Source of the DNA: Polyangia bacterium
Lineage (GTDB): Bacteria > Myxococcota_A > Polyangia > Palsa-1104 > JAEUJZ01
Direction of reading: 5' to 3'
DNA length: 64,000 bases
Assembly (NCBI GenBank): GCA_044228505.1
Contig: JBGAUT010000016.1
Location: forward strand, 43,387-107,386
In this document: in pieces, positions 28,600-37,484 of the stretch
How the letters are laid out: every line of letters begins with the position of its first letter
Numbering within the stretch: position 1 is the stretch's first letter
Made by a program: the position numbers and the translations under genes
The notes under the pieces: generated by a model
What the model was told of the DNA's origin: nothing
The model's input: the letters and a program-made list of their open reading frames with translations, nothing else
The model's database searches: none

Positions 28600-29250
28600 C
28601 GCTTCAATGCGAGGCCGTCTGTGACCAGCAAGACCGATCCGATCCACGCCCAGCTTGTTGATGCGCGGCGGAACCAGATTCTCGATGCCGCAACCAAGGT
28701 GTTTGCGGACAAGGGATTCCATCTGGCTACGATTCGCGACATTGCCCGAACCGCAGGCATTGCCGACGGAACCATCTACAACTACTTCAAGAACAAGCCC
28801 GACCTGATGCTCGGCATCCTCAACCGGCTCAACGAAACGGAGCGTCGGGCGGTGGACTTGGCGCAGGGCATAAGTGGCGAGGTCAACGTACGGTCGTTCT
28901 TTGCCGGGTACCTGCGTCACCGGCTTTCGGTGCTAGACGCAGACTTGGCTACCTTCCAAGCTGTGCTGCCGGACCTACTGACCAACCCGGAGTTGCGCGA
29001 GCGCTATCTGCGGGAGGTGATCGAGCCGAGCTTTCGGCTGGCCGAGCCGCTATTCGAGCAGTGGATTGCGATCGGGGCGCTTCGGTCGGTGGATGCTGCG
29101 CTGGCGATGCGCACCGTGCCGAGCTTGGTGCTCGGTCTGATGGTGATGCGGATGCTCGGCGATCGCACCATTGAACAGCGCTGGGCGGAGCTACCGGAGT
29201 TTCTGACAGGGCTCATCTTCGACGGATTGAAGAAGGAGGAATGCCGATGA
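28588..29250 (+). CDS. TetR/AcrR family transcriptional regulator
   Basis: HTH region [43 protein letters not shown]. The start is uncertain: TTG 28588 or GTG 28621. Confidence 0.8.
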   Translation: MDEWRFNARPSVTSKTDPIHAQLVDARRNQILDAATKVFADKGFHLATIRDIARTAGIADGTIYNYFKNKPDLMLGILNRLNETERRAVDLAQGISGEVNVRSFFAGYLRHRLSVLDADLATFQAVLPDLLTNPELRERYLREVIEPSFRLAEPLFEQWIAIGALRSVDAALAMRTVPSLVLGLMVMRMLGDRTIEQRWAELPEFLTGLIFDGLKKEECR

Positions 29251-30494
29251 GTGCAGCGTTGGTTGACAAACAAGCAGAGAGATCCACCAGTCCGCTGATT
29301 GACATCACTCGGCCCGAGTTCAAGGCCAATCCCTTTCCGTACTACGCGAAGCTTCGCGACCGCGAGCCGGTATCACGGGCTCGGATGGGGCGGATGGAGG
29401 GCTGGCTGGTGACTCGTTACGATGATGTGCTGACTACTCTCAAAGACCCACGGTTTGGGAAAGACGTGCGGCGGGTACAGAACGCAGCGGAGCTTTCCAA
29501 GCGACCGTGGATGCCGGAGTTCTTGCGGGCGATGGAGTGCAACATGCTGGACCAAGACGACCCCAACCACGCCCGGTTGCGTGCCTTGGTCCATCGAGCG
29601 TTCACACCGGCACGAATCGAGCGTTTGAAGAGTCGAATCGTGACACTGGCCGGCGAGCTGCTCGATAAGGTACAGGCCCAAGGGGAGTTGGAGCTCATCC
29701 GAGACTTTGCACTGCCGCTGCCGCTGACCGTGATTGGTGAACTCCTTGGGGTGTCTGCGGAAGACAGAGTGCGGTTTCAGCGCCTTTCGCAAAACGCACT
29801 GTTGCCGCCGACGACGTTAAACATCGTCAGGATGCTCCCTGCGATGTGGCTGCTCATCCGGTATGTCCGCAAGCTGCTGGCGGAACGGTGTCAACACCCG
29901 CAAGACGATCTGTTGACCGCGCTGTCGCAAGCTGAGGAATCCGGAGATCGTTTGAGTGAGGATGAGCAGGTGGCGATGGTGCTGCTGCTGCTGATTGCCG
30001 GTCATGAAACGACGGTCAACTTGATCTCTTCGGGGATGCTGGCGCTTCTGCTACATCCAGAGCAGATGGAGTGGCTGCGGAGACGACCCGAGTCCATCCG
30101 GCCCGCCGTCGAAGAGCTGCTGCGCTACACCAATCCGGTGGAGACCGCTACGGAGCGGTATGCAGGAGAGGACATTTCGATGCACGGACAGACGATACGC
30201 TGCGGTGAGTTGGTATGGGCGGTGTTGGCTTCGGCAAACCGCGATCCATCGCATTTTGATCGACCTGATGAACTGAACCTGCAGCGGGAGCCAAACCGCC
30301 ACCTGGCGTTCGGTCATGGGAGCCACTTTTGTCTGGGTGCACCGCTGGCCCGGATGGAGGGTCAGATCGCGATCAACGCCATTCTGGAGCGGCTCCCCAA
30401 GCTTCGTTTGGCTGTTCCTGCCGAATCGCTCCGTTGGCGAGCAACGCCAGTGGTGCGGGGACTGGCATCGCTACCGCTGCAGTTTGGGCCGTGA
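29247..30494 (+). CDS. cytochrome P450
   Basis: Heme-binding loop [17 protein letters not shown], the EETTVN-like I-helix AGHETTVN, and EELLRY (the ExxR motif). GGAGG RBS upstream. Confidence 0.85.
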   Translation: MSAALVDKQAERSTSPLIDITRPEFKANPFPYYAKLRDREPVSRARMGRMEGWLVTRYDDVLTTLKDPRFGKDVRRVQNAAELSKRPWMPEFLRAMECNMLDQDDPNHARLRALVHRAFTPARIERLKSRIVTLAGELLDKVQAQGELELIRDFALPLPLTVIGELLGVSAEDRVRFQRLSQNALLPPTTLNIVRMLPAMWLLIRYVRKLLAERCQHPQDDLLTALSQAEESGDRLSEDEQVAMVLLLLIAGHETTVNLISSGMLALLLHPEQMEWLRRRPESIRPAVEELLRYTNPVETATERYAGEDISMHGQTIRCGELVWAVLASANRDPSHFDRPDELNLQREPNRHLAFGHGSHFCLGAPLARMEGQIAINAILERLPKLRLAVPAESLRWRATPVVRGLASLPLQFGP

Positions 30495-30510
30495 GTCTCT
30501 TTGCACAAGG

Positions 30511-31710
30511 CTAGCGGTAGTACAGCTCGCCAAAGATCTGCTTGTACTCGAAGTAAGCAAGGAATCCGTAGTCATCCGCCGCGCCGCTCATGGGGGAGGC
30601 CTGCGGGCAGCCGACACCGGTTGAGCCCTCCTTAAATGCAGCACTGGCGCAGCCGGTGTCTCCATCGAACTCGATGCCCCAGCCGGTGTTTCCTTTGCCG
30701 TTGCACGTTCCGTTGGTGTAGTAGAAGGCCTTGCAGCCCCCCTCTCCGCCGTTTCCACAGTATGTGCGAGTGCCGGTATTCAAGTAGGGGGCCCAGACCG
30801 CGCCGCTGGTCAGGCAAACGGTAGTTTTATTTAGGAGTGCCCCAAGGACCGCGTTGCTGGTGCTGTTGGTCGCGTTGAACTTCCAGGCCGCATACTGGTT
30901 GGCCGTTACGTCCTTGACGAGGAGTGCAGAGACCGCGCTGCCATCTGGAATCTTGGCAGAGCAGACATTCATTGCTGGGTCACACTGATCGAGCGTTTGA
31001 CCGAGCGGATCTTGTCCGCTCGGGAATGCTGCTCGGACCCAGTTGAAGCGGGTCCATCCGCCACCATCAAGGGTCATGTCGCAAACGACTGGGAAGTCGG
31101 CTTTGCCGGTGTTGTAGCCATCGGGATCGATGCGATAGGTACCGCTCGTCGTGCTGGGTTGGGCTTGCAGAAGCTCCAGACAGCTCACTGGGGGACGGCA
31201 GATGTAGCCGGCACAGACTCCATTTGCGCAGTCGGCGTTTCCACTGCACGTCTTACCAAAGCCGCACGGTCCGCAGCTACCACCGCAGTCGACATCAAGT
31301 TCGTTGCCGTTCTTGACGGCATCGGAGCAGCTTGCAGCCTGACAGACTCCGCTTTTGCAGACTCCGGATCGGCACTGCGTCGCTTCCGCACAGGTCTTGC
31401 CGTCGCTACATAGCCCGCAAGTTCCACCGCAGTCTGCGTCTACCTCGCTGCCGTTCTTGACGCCATCTGTGCAGCTCGCTGGCTGGCACTTCCCTGCGCT
31501 ACACACCCCGGAGCTGCAGTTGACGTTGGCAATTCCGCAGTTCTTGCCGTCAGAGCACTGGGCACATGGACCGCCACAGTCAATGTCGCTCTCTCCTTCA
31601 TTCAATAGGCCATCGATGCAGGACGGCGGAATCTCAACATTGACGTTTTCCGAAGAACAGGTGGCAGGTGTAAGTGCCAGCAGCACCCACAGCGATTGAT
31701 ATCGTTTCAT
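30511..31710 (-). CDS. secreted protein with four tandem Cys-rich repeats and a C-terminal fibrinogen-related domain (FReD)
   Basis: Signal peptide. Four repeats of C-x-DGVKNG-x-E-x-D-x-DCGG-x-CG-x-C-x-x-GK-x-C-...-C-x-SGVC-x-x-G-x-C. Then TSGTYRIDPDGYNTGKADFPVVCDMTLDGGGWT, the FReD signature. Confidence 0.7.
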   Translation of the reverse strand: MKRYQSLWVLLALTPATCSSENVNVEIPPSCIDGLLNEGESDIDCGGPCAQCSDGKNCGIANVNCSSGVCSAGKCQPASCTDGVKNGSEVDADCGGTCGLCSDGKTCAEATQCRSGVCKSGVCQAASCSDAVKNGNELDVDCGGSCGPCGFGKTCSGNADCANGVCAGYICRPPVSCLELLQAQPSTTSGTYRIDPDGYNTGKADFPVVCDMTLDGGGWTRFNWVRAAFPSGQDPLGQTLDQCDPAMNVCSAKIPDGSAVSALLVKDVTANQYAAWKFNATNSTSNAVLGALLNKTTVCLTSGAVWAPYLNTGTRTYCGNGGEGGCKAFYYTNGTCNGKGNTGWGIEFDGDTGCASAAFKEGSTGVGCPQASPMSGAADDYGFLAYFEYKQIFGELYYR

Positions 31711-31857
31711 GACAGTTCCCCCCTTGGAACACAGCTTATCATAGGCGATAATGTGTATTACCTATGCCTCTATTTCTGCGGCAACGGGGAGGAAGCAGGA
31801 AGAGGCGGACTGCACAATGAGTCAGGAGTGCAGCGTGCGGAACAGAATCCTCTGAAT

Positions 31858-32313
31858 CTAGGTGGCGGGCATCACAACCGGTTTGGCTTCGGGCTTGCCT
31901 TCAGGCTTGGCTTCGGGCTTGCCTTCAGGCTTGGCACCGGGCTTGCCTTCGGGCTTCTTTTCAACTTTGAGCTTGTGCAGCTTCATGTTGATCTCGTTGA
32001 TCAGCTTGCCGTCTGCCTTGACCTTGTCTTTGGCTGCTTTGACGGCGTCGCCTTTGGCTGCGGCCGCGGCCTTTTTGTCTTCCGCAAGCTGAGCGTTAGC
32101 TTTCTTCAGTTCTTCCAGGAGCTGCTCCCGGGTCTCGCCAGTGGCTGCGGGGGCCGTCTTGGCTGCGGCGTCACTCTTGGTCGCTGCGGGCTCGGCTTTG
32201 GTTACCGGTGCCGAGGCGGCCTTCCCCGCATCGCCGTCAGCAAAAGCACTGCCCAGCAAGGAAAAGGTAAACAGGCCAACGACTGCGGAGATGGTCTTGA
32301 TGTAGGTCTTCAT
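31858..32313 (-). CDS. small secreted Lys/Ala-rich protein with (KPEGKPEA)n C-terminal repeats
   Basis: AAGGAA RBS precedes ATG 32313 (MKTYIKTISAVVGLFTFSLLGSAFA, a signal peptide). The C-terminal KPEGKPGAKPEGKPEAKPEGKPEAKP is encoded by 3 x 24-bp DNA repeats (31885-31956). Confidence 0.5.
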   Translation of the reverse strand: MKTYIKTISAVVGLFTFSLLGSAFADGDAGKAASAPVTKAEPAATKSDAAAKTAPAATGETREQLLEELKKANAQLAEDKKAAAAAKGDAVKAAKDKVKADGKLINEINMKLHKLKVEKKPEGKPGAKPEGKPEAKPEGKPEAKPVVMPAT

Positions 32314-32434
32314 CAGTAATTCGTTCCTTTCAGCGAGGTGAGACGTGACGCCGTACAAAAATATTTTCCGAGGCCACCCATGCCAAGCGGTTGACTTGCG
32401 GTGTTTGTATCCAAGCCTGCTACATGGGAGATTT

Positions 32435-32469
32435 CTAAATATTAGTCATGGTAGAGTGCTAATATTTAG
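32435..32469. promoter_or_regulatory. perfect 11-bp AT-rich inverted repeat CTAAATATTAG-N13-CTAATATTTAG
   Basis: An AT-rich island in a GC-rich region. It lies upstream of the KPEG-repeat gene and downstream of the esterase gene, so it is a candidate protein-binding site. Confidence 0.3.
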
Positions 32470-32570
32470 CTGCCTTGGATCGTGCGCGGTCTAGTAGATG
32501 CTTCCTCTGTTCGTGTCCGCGCATGAGTCATCGAGTGACATCGTCTTACATGACGGGCTGGAAGGGAAGC

Positions 32571-34256
32571 CTAGTACGTAAAAACCAGGGCTGGGCTGAG
32601 TGGGCCGTCGCTGCCGCCGTGAAACTCAATGGCGTCGGCCTTTAGGTCGATGGCAGTAGTCGCCCGCAGTCGTAGCTGGAGCCGACCACTCGGCCCAGGG
32701 AAACTACCGAGAGCGGACATCGGTAGCGCGATGGTGACGGTGCCGTCATCGCGATCTGGTGGCGAGAAGTAGGCGACGCCGCTCTGGCTGGGACTGGCTC
32801 CGTAATCTTCTTGAGCGATGGCCGCAGTCTTTCCAAAGAAGCCGTTTTTGGCGTCGATGGTAATGCCGCTGACGCTACCGCTCTGCGTCTTGCGCACTAG
32901 GACCAGCTCAGCCTTCTTGATGGGGCGAACTGGCAGTCGGCCCACATCGAACGACAGGATGGCTCGGAAGGTATCGCCGTTATACATGCCCTTGTCACCG
33001 AGCTTGAGCGTACCGCTGGCCGCACCGTCAGCGGGTAACTGGCCGGCATAGCCATTTTCAGCCGCACTGGTGATGACTCGAATGGCTCCATCGCTTGCGT
33101 CAGTTCCCAGGTCGCGACCGAGATCGAGCGAGAGGTCGGCACGAGCGCCGAAGTCGCGACCGAGATCGATGGTGAGGTCGGCGCGGCTGCTCAGATCAAG
33201 CAGGCCCGCGTCGCGAACGCCGGCATCGCTGAGCCCTGCATCCGCAGGACTGGTTCCCCCGATCGGATGAGCACGAAAAAACTCCCAGCTCATGGCGGTG
33301 GCATCTGGGCCCTTGGGATCGGTAAAGGAGCCTGCCGAGCTTCCCCCGGACCACGCGTGTCCCATGCCGTCCACCATCACCTTCACCAATACTTCTTCAC
33401 GGCTGGTACGGTCGCGATAGACCGATCGACTGTAGGTGCGCCCTCCGCGTGCCGTGCCGGTGGTGGTAGCAGATGGCGTGTCGGTGAGATTGCCATCGGC
33501 GACACCATCTGCCGCAAGATCATCGGTCTTGGCCCACTGTGAGATGATCTGATCGGCATTCACTTTGGCGACGGTGGCGTCAGCGCTGCCATGAAAAACA
33601 ATCACCGGCACGGTGCGCGCTGCCGAGCCCATGGCTCGATAGGCCGCCGTCCCTTGCGCCGTGGGACTGGGTCCACCGCTGCGCATCGCAGTGAGGGCAT
33701 CAATCGAGCTAGCCGCTGCTTTGTATTCCAGACCGGACCCGACCGCGATGGCCGCAAAGACATCGGGATAGGTGGCACCGAGGATCACCGCCATGGCTGC
33801 ACCAGCGGACAGACCTCCTGCATAGACGCGGCGGTTGTCGATGCTGTACTTCTTGCCTAGCTCTCCGACGAGTCCGGTAAGGAGCGCGGGCTGACCGCCG
33901 CCGCGTGCTTGATGGGCCGAGGAATACCAGTTCCAGCATTTGCTGCTATCGACGCTGCTCGGCTGTTCTGGGTAGACCACCAAAAAGCCTTCGGATTCGG
34001 CGAGCGCGTTCATCTGCGTGCCTGCGGCAAACTGGGTAGGATCTTGGGTACAGCCGTGCAGCATCATCACGAGCGGCATTGCCCGACCGGGAGAGTAGCC
34101 GCTGGGAACAAACAGCTTGTAGTTGTGTCCACCGTACGATCCGTCGACCAACAGTGAGCTGCTCAGCACACTCAACGATGGGTCAGGATCGCTTGTGACA
34201 CACCCAACCAGCAGCGAGCCAACCAAAGACAGAGGAATCACAGAAGTGGTGCGCAT
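32571..34256 (-). CDS. PHB-depolymerase-family esterase lipoprotein (alpha/beta hydrolase) with long repeat-containing C-terminal extension
   Basis: GGAGG RBS precedes ATG 34256 (MRTTSVIPLSLVGSLLVGC, a lipobox). LHGCTQ...YPEQ...CWNW...GLSAGAAMA (the esterase/PHB depolymerase family signature with the nucleophile Ser in GLSAG). The C-terminus has ADLxxDLGRD repeats. Confidence 0.7.
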   Translation of the reverse strand: MRTTSVIPLSLVGSLLVGCVTSDPDPSLSVLSSSLLVDGSYGGHNYKLFVPSGYSPGRAMPLVMMLHGCTQDPTQFAAGTQMNALAESEGFLVVYPEQPSSVDSSKCWNWYSSAHQARGGGQPALLTGLVGELGKKYSIDNRRVYAGGLSAGAAMAVILGATYPDVFAAIAVGSGLEYKAAASSIDALTAMRSGGPSPTAQGTAAYRAMGSAARTVPVIVFHGSADATVAKVNADQIISQWAKTDDLAADGVADGNLTDTPSATTTGTARGGRTYSRSVYRDRTSREEVLVKVMVDGMGHAWSGGSSAGSFTDPKGPDATAMSWEFFRAHPIGGTSPADAGLSDAGVRDAGLLDLSSRADLTIDLGRDFGARADLSLDLGRDLGTDASDGAIRVITSAAENGYAGQLPADGAASGTLKLGDKGMYNGDTFRAILSFDVGRLPVRPIKKAELVLVRKTQSGSVSGITIDAKNGFFGKTAAIAQEDYGASPSQSGVAYFSPPDRDDGTVTIALPMSALGSFPGPSGRLQLRLRATTAIDLKADAIEFHGGSDGPLSPALVFTY

Positions 34257-34266
34257 CAAGACCTCC

Positions 34267-35997
34267 CTAGAAAAAGAAGAAGCCAACCCCTTGTATCGCA
34301 TGGGTGGTGGCATGGACGCCGTCGGCGTATTGATCGTCGAAGTACGCCCAGTCACAGCCGACGCGGATCGCTTGTGAGATGTCCACAAAGAAGCCGGCAT
34401 TATAGAACATCTCGTTATCGCGAACTTTCGCCGGATTGACATACAGATCGGAGTCGAGGAGCTTGGTCCGTGCGAGGTTCGCAAACAGTCCCAGGCGACC
34501 TCCCACTTTTGGTGGATAGTACTCGAGTCCCACGATGAAGGTCATCCAGTGCGGCAGCCGTAGTTCGCCGTTTTTGTCGTAGACCGCCAGGCCTGGATCA
34601 TCACCGGGAACAAATACCGGCGCGGCCATTCCGCCCTGCGCGGGGAGTGGTGGATTGCTGACTCCACCCACGAGACCGACGTACATATCGTTGATACCTT
34701 GGCCACTCACAAACTCACCAACCACAGACAGCGAGTTGTCCCGTTTGTCTTTGGTTCCCGGAATGATCGGCAGGAATGCATCCACCGCAACGCCAAGTCC
34801 GATCGCTGAGTTTGTGTCCTGCGGAATCGCCGAGAACTGTGGCAGCGTGAAGCGTCGCAGATCCCCACTGATTGCAATGGTGGCGGGCATGGTGGTTGTG
34901 GAAGTGACATACAGGGTATGAACGCCGGTCCAGCCGTTGAAGGAGATCTTCGCCCCCGCTTCAAACTCCGGAGTCATGGAGTCGCGCTGCGGTGGACGGT
35001 TGCCGGAGACGACAAACTCAAGGGTCACCGGCTTGGTCTTCACGGTCTTGGAAATGCGAAGCTGCATTGTCCGTGCAAACAGAGAGCCGACGACTCCTGA
35101 CCATTGCACATCAGCGGGCACGAAGCTCGGTTGGAATCCGAAAACGTGCCACGTGTGACCAAACAGGATGTCGACAATCGGCGTTTCCATCTTGAAGTAG
35201 GCATGACGGATGCGCAGGACTGGATTGTTGAAAAATGAAGCTTCGCTGATGCTGCTGCCAATGGATCCTGTCGGTCCTAGGAAGTCCATTTCGAGCAGGG
35301 CGGAAGCACGGAGCCATGACAGTTCGGGGGCATCAATGCGGAATCCGATGCGTGAGTCACGGGCGGTGAACTCGGTGCGACCGTGCTGCCCGGCAAATGT
35401 ATCGGGTCGTGCAATCTGGAGGTTTCCCGCGTAGTCGTTAAAGCTCTGCGTGGAGAAGTACATCACGTCGGCCTGCGCAAACCCGAACAGCGTTGTGGCC
35501 CATTTCCCAATGACCAGGGTTGTACTGTCTGCAGCGCGACCTCCCAGGCTGCTGGCGAGGTCTCTCATTGCGCTGTCGTAGTCGGCTTGTGAGCTGAGTC
35601 CCCGTTCGCGAAGGAGTCGCAGCGAAGTCAGCTCGATAAACGAGCGCTGCGCAGGAGGCGGTAGCACCGTGGGTACCAGCGGGACCGCTTCCGGAGTTGG
35701 CAGAATCCGAGGCGGCGCCACCACGGTGGGGTCTGCGGTTTGGGGAGTCGCTCCACCTGCCACGCTATTGGGGATTTTGCTTGGGACTTCGTCCGGAGGA
35801 AGCGACAGATTGGGAGGCGGAGGCAAATTCGGTGGTGGCGGTGGCAGGTTGGGCGGAGGTACGTACTCCGGAACAGGTTGGAGAATCGAAGCGGGCTGGT
35901 TCGGTGGACTCTGGGCCGAGCTTGGCGCTGCATCAAACAGAGCCAGCATCAGCGTTGCGATTCCTGCGGCCCAACGTGAGCGAGACAAAGCGTGCAT
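34267..35997 (-). CDS. putative outer-membrane beta-barrel (porin-like) protein with Pro-rich N-terminal region
   Basis: Signal peptide ending AQS. A PPPNLPPPP region. The remainder is an amphipathic beta-strand pattern ending in an aromatic C-terminus ...GVGFFFF. The stop lies 8 bp before the esterase start. Confidence 0.5.
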   Translation of the reverse strand: MHALSRSRWAAGIATLMLALFDAAPSSAQSPPNQPASILQPVPEYVPPPNLPPPPPNLPPPPNLSLPPDEVPSKIPNSVAGGATPQTADPTVVAPPRILPTPEAVPLVPTVLPPPAQRSFIELTSLRLLRERGLSSQADYDSAMRDLASSLGGRAADSTTLVIGKWATTLFGFAQADVMYFSTQSFNDYAGNLQIARPDTFAGQHGRTEFTARDSRIGFRIDAPELSWLRASALLEMDFLGPTGSIGSSISEASFFNNPVLRIRHAYFKMETPIVDILFGHTWHVFGFQPSFVPADVQWSGVVGSLFARTMQLRISKTVKTKPVTLEFVVSGNRPPQRDSMTPEFEAGAKISFNGWTGVHTLYVTSTTTMPATIAISGDLRRFTLPQFSAIPQDTNSAIGLGVAVDAFLPIIPGTKDKRDNSLSVVGEFVSGQGINDMYVGLVGGVSNPPLPAQGGMAAPVFVPGDDPGLAVYDKNGELRLPHWMTFIVGLEYYPPKVGGRLGLFANLARTKLLDSDLYVNPAKVRDNEMFYNAGFFVDISQAIRVGCDWAYFDDQYADGVHATTHAIQGVGFFFF

Positions 35998-36015
35998 CGG
36001 TTTGCCGAGTCCTTG

Positions 36016-37431
36016 TTAGTAACGATGGGTGAGGTAATAGAACGCAATCACCAAGAACACCGCTGCGGTCTTGATGAGCGTCATCGCAAAGATGTCGAGG
36101 TAGGATTGGCGGTGGGATAGTCCGGTGACCGCGAGCAGCGTGATCACCGCGCCGTTGTGAGGCAGTGTGTCCATTCCACCACTGGCCATCGCCGCAACGC
36201 GATGTAGCACCTCGGGCGGGATTCCCAGCTCGGTGGCACGGCTGAGATACGTCTGTCCCATGGTTGCCAACGCGATGCTCATTCCGCCTGACGCTGATCC
36301 CGTGATTCCGGCCAGGCTGGTGGTGGTCACGGCGAGTGATACGAGCGGGTTGCTGAAGGCATGCGACATAAACTCGCTGATGACTTTGAAGCCAGGGAGC
36401 GCAGCGATGATGCCGCCGAATCCGTATTCGGAAGCGGTGTTGACTGCAGCGAGCATGGCTCCCGCGATGGCGAGGTTGGCGCTGCTCGCAAAGCGTGGTG
36501 TGACGCGACGATAGGCAGACATCACCACAGTGAGGATGCCAACAAGGAGTGCTCCCTCGACGGCCCAAATGGCGACAAGCTTGCTCACATCAAGAGTGGC
36601 GGTCTGGCTGACTCCAAGCTTGGCAAAGTCAAAGCTCTGCGGATAGAGCTTGGGGAGCACTCCGGTGAACACCCGATTCAGGCTGCCCACCAAGATCAGC
36701 GGTGACAGCGCGAGCAGAGGAGACGGCAGTGGACCGTCCGTCGCGGCGATCGATGGATTCCCAACTCCCTTGGGATCGAGTGCAGCGTTCTCTCCGTATC
36801 CTTCCTGGGCGCGAGCCGCACGCTTGCGCTGATACGTTAGGTACGCCATTCCGGCTGCGAGTACGACCAGCGCTCCGAACAGTCCCAACTTGGGGGCAGC
36901 CCAGGTGGTGGTATGAAAGAATGTTGTCGGGATGATGTTCTGAATTTGCGGCGAACCAGGTAGTGCATCCATCGTGAACGTGAAGGAACCGAGGGCGATG
37001 GTGCCAGGGATAAGTCTTCGCGGAATGTCCGCCGCTTTGAATAACTCGGCAGCAAATGGATAGACGGCGAACGCAGCAACGAACAGAGACACCCCGCCAT
37101 ATGTCAGCAGTGCGCAGACCGCAACCACGGCCAGCATCGCATTGTTCTTTCCGAGCAGTACCACCACCCGGGAGGTGATCGCTTTGGCGAAGCCCGAAAT
37201 CTCGATGAGCTTGCCGAAGATGGCTCCGAGTAGAAACACCGGAAAATAGAGCTTTAGGAATCCGACCAGCTTTTCCATGTAGATGCCCGAGAAGAACGGC
37301 AAGACATGGTGAGGCGATACCCACGCGACCGCGAACAGCGCGGCCAGCGGAGCGAACAGGATGACGCTGAAGCCACGGTAAGCGACAAACATCAGGAAGC
37401 AGAGCGCCGCAATTGTTGTGAGGATTTCCAT
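36016..37431 (-). CDS. GntP-family (gluconate/H+ symporter-type) permease
   Basis: About 12 TM helices. Similar to the GntP/DsdX family (FAKAITSRVVVLLGKNNAMLAVVAVCALLTYGGVSLFVAAFAVYP...GMDTLPHNGAVITLL). Starts at ATG 37431 (MEILTTIAAL). Confidence 0.75.
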   Translation of the reverse strand: MEILTTIAALCFLMFVAYRGFSVILFAPLAALFAVAWVSPHHVLPFFSGIYMEKLVGFLKLYFPVFLLGAIFGKLIEISGFAKAITSRVVVLLGKNNAMLAVVAVCALLTYGGVSLFVAAFAVYPFAAELFKAADIPRRLIPGTIALGSFTFTMDALPGSPQIQNIIPTTFFHTTTWAAPKLGLFGALVVLAAGMAYLTYQRKRAARAQEGYGENAALDPKGVGNPSIAATDGPLPSPLLALSPLILVGSLNRVFTGVLPKLYPQSFDFAKLGVSQTATLDVSKLVAIWAVEGALLVGILTVVMSAYRRVTPRFASSANLAIAGAMLAAVNTASEYGFGGIIAALPGFKVISEFMSHAFSNPLVSLAVTTTSLAGITGSASGGMSIALATMGQTYLSRATELGIPPEVLHRVAAMASGGMDTLPHNGAVITLLAVTGLSHRQSYLDIFAMTLIKTAAVFLVIAFYYLTHRY

Positions 37432-37484
37432 AGGGGTTCCTTGTATTGCGAGCATCGGACAGCTACAAACGGGGCTCAACTGAC

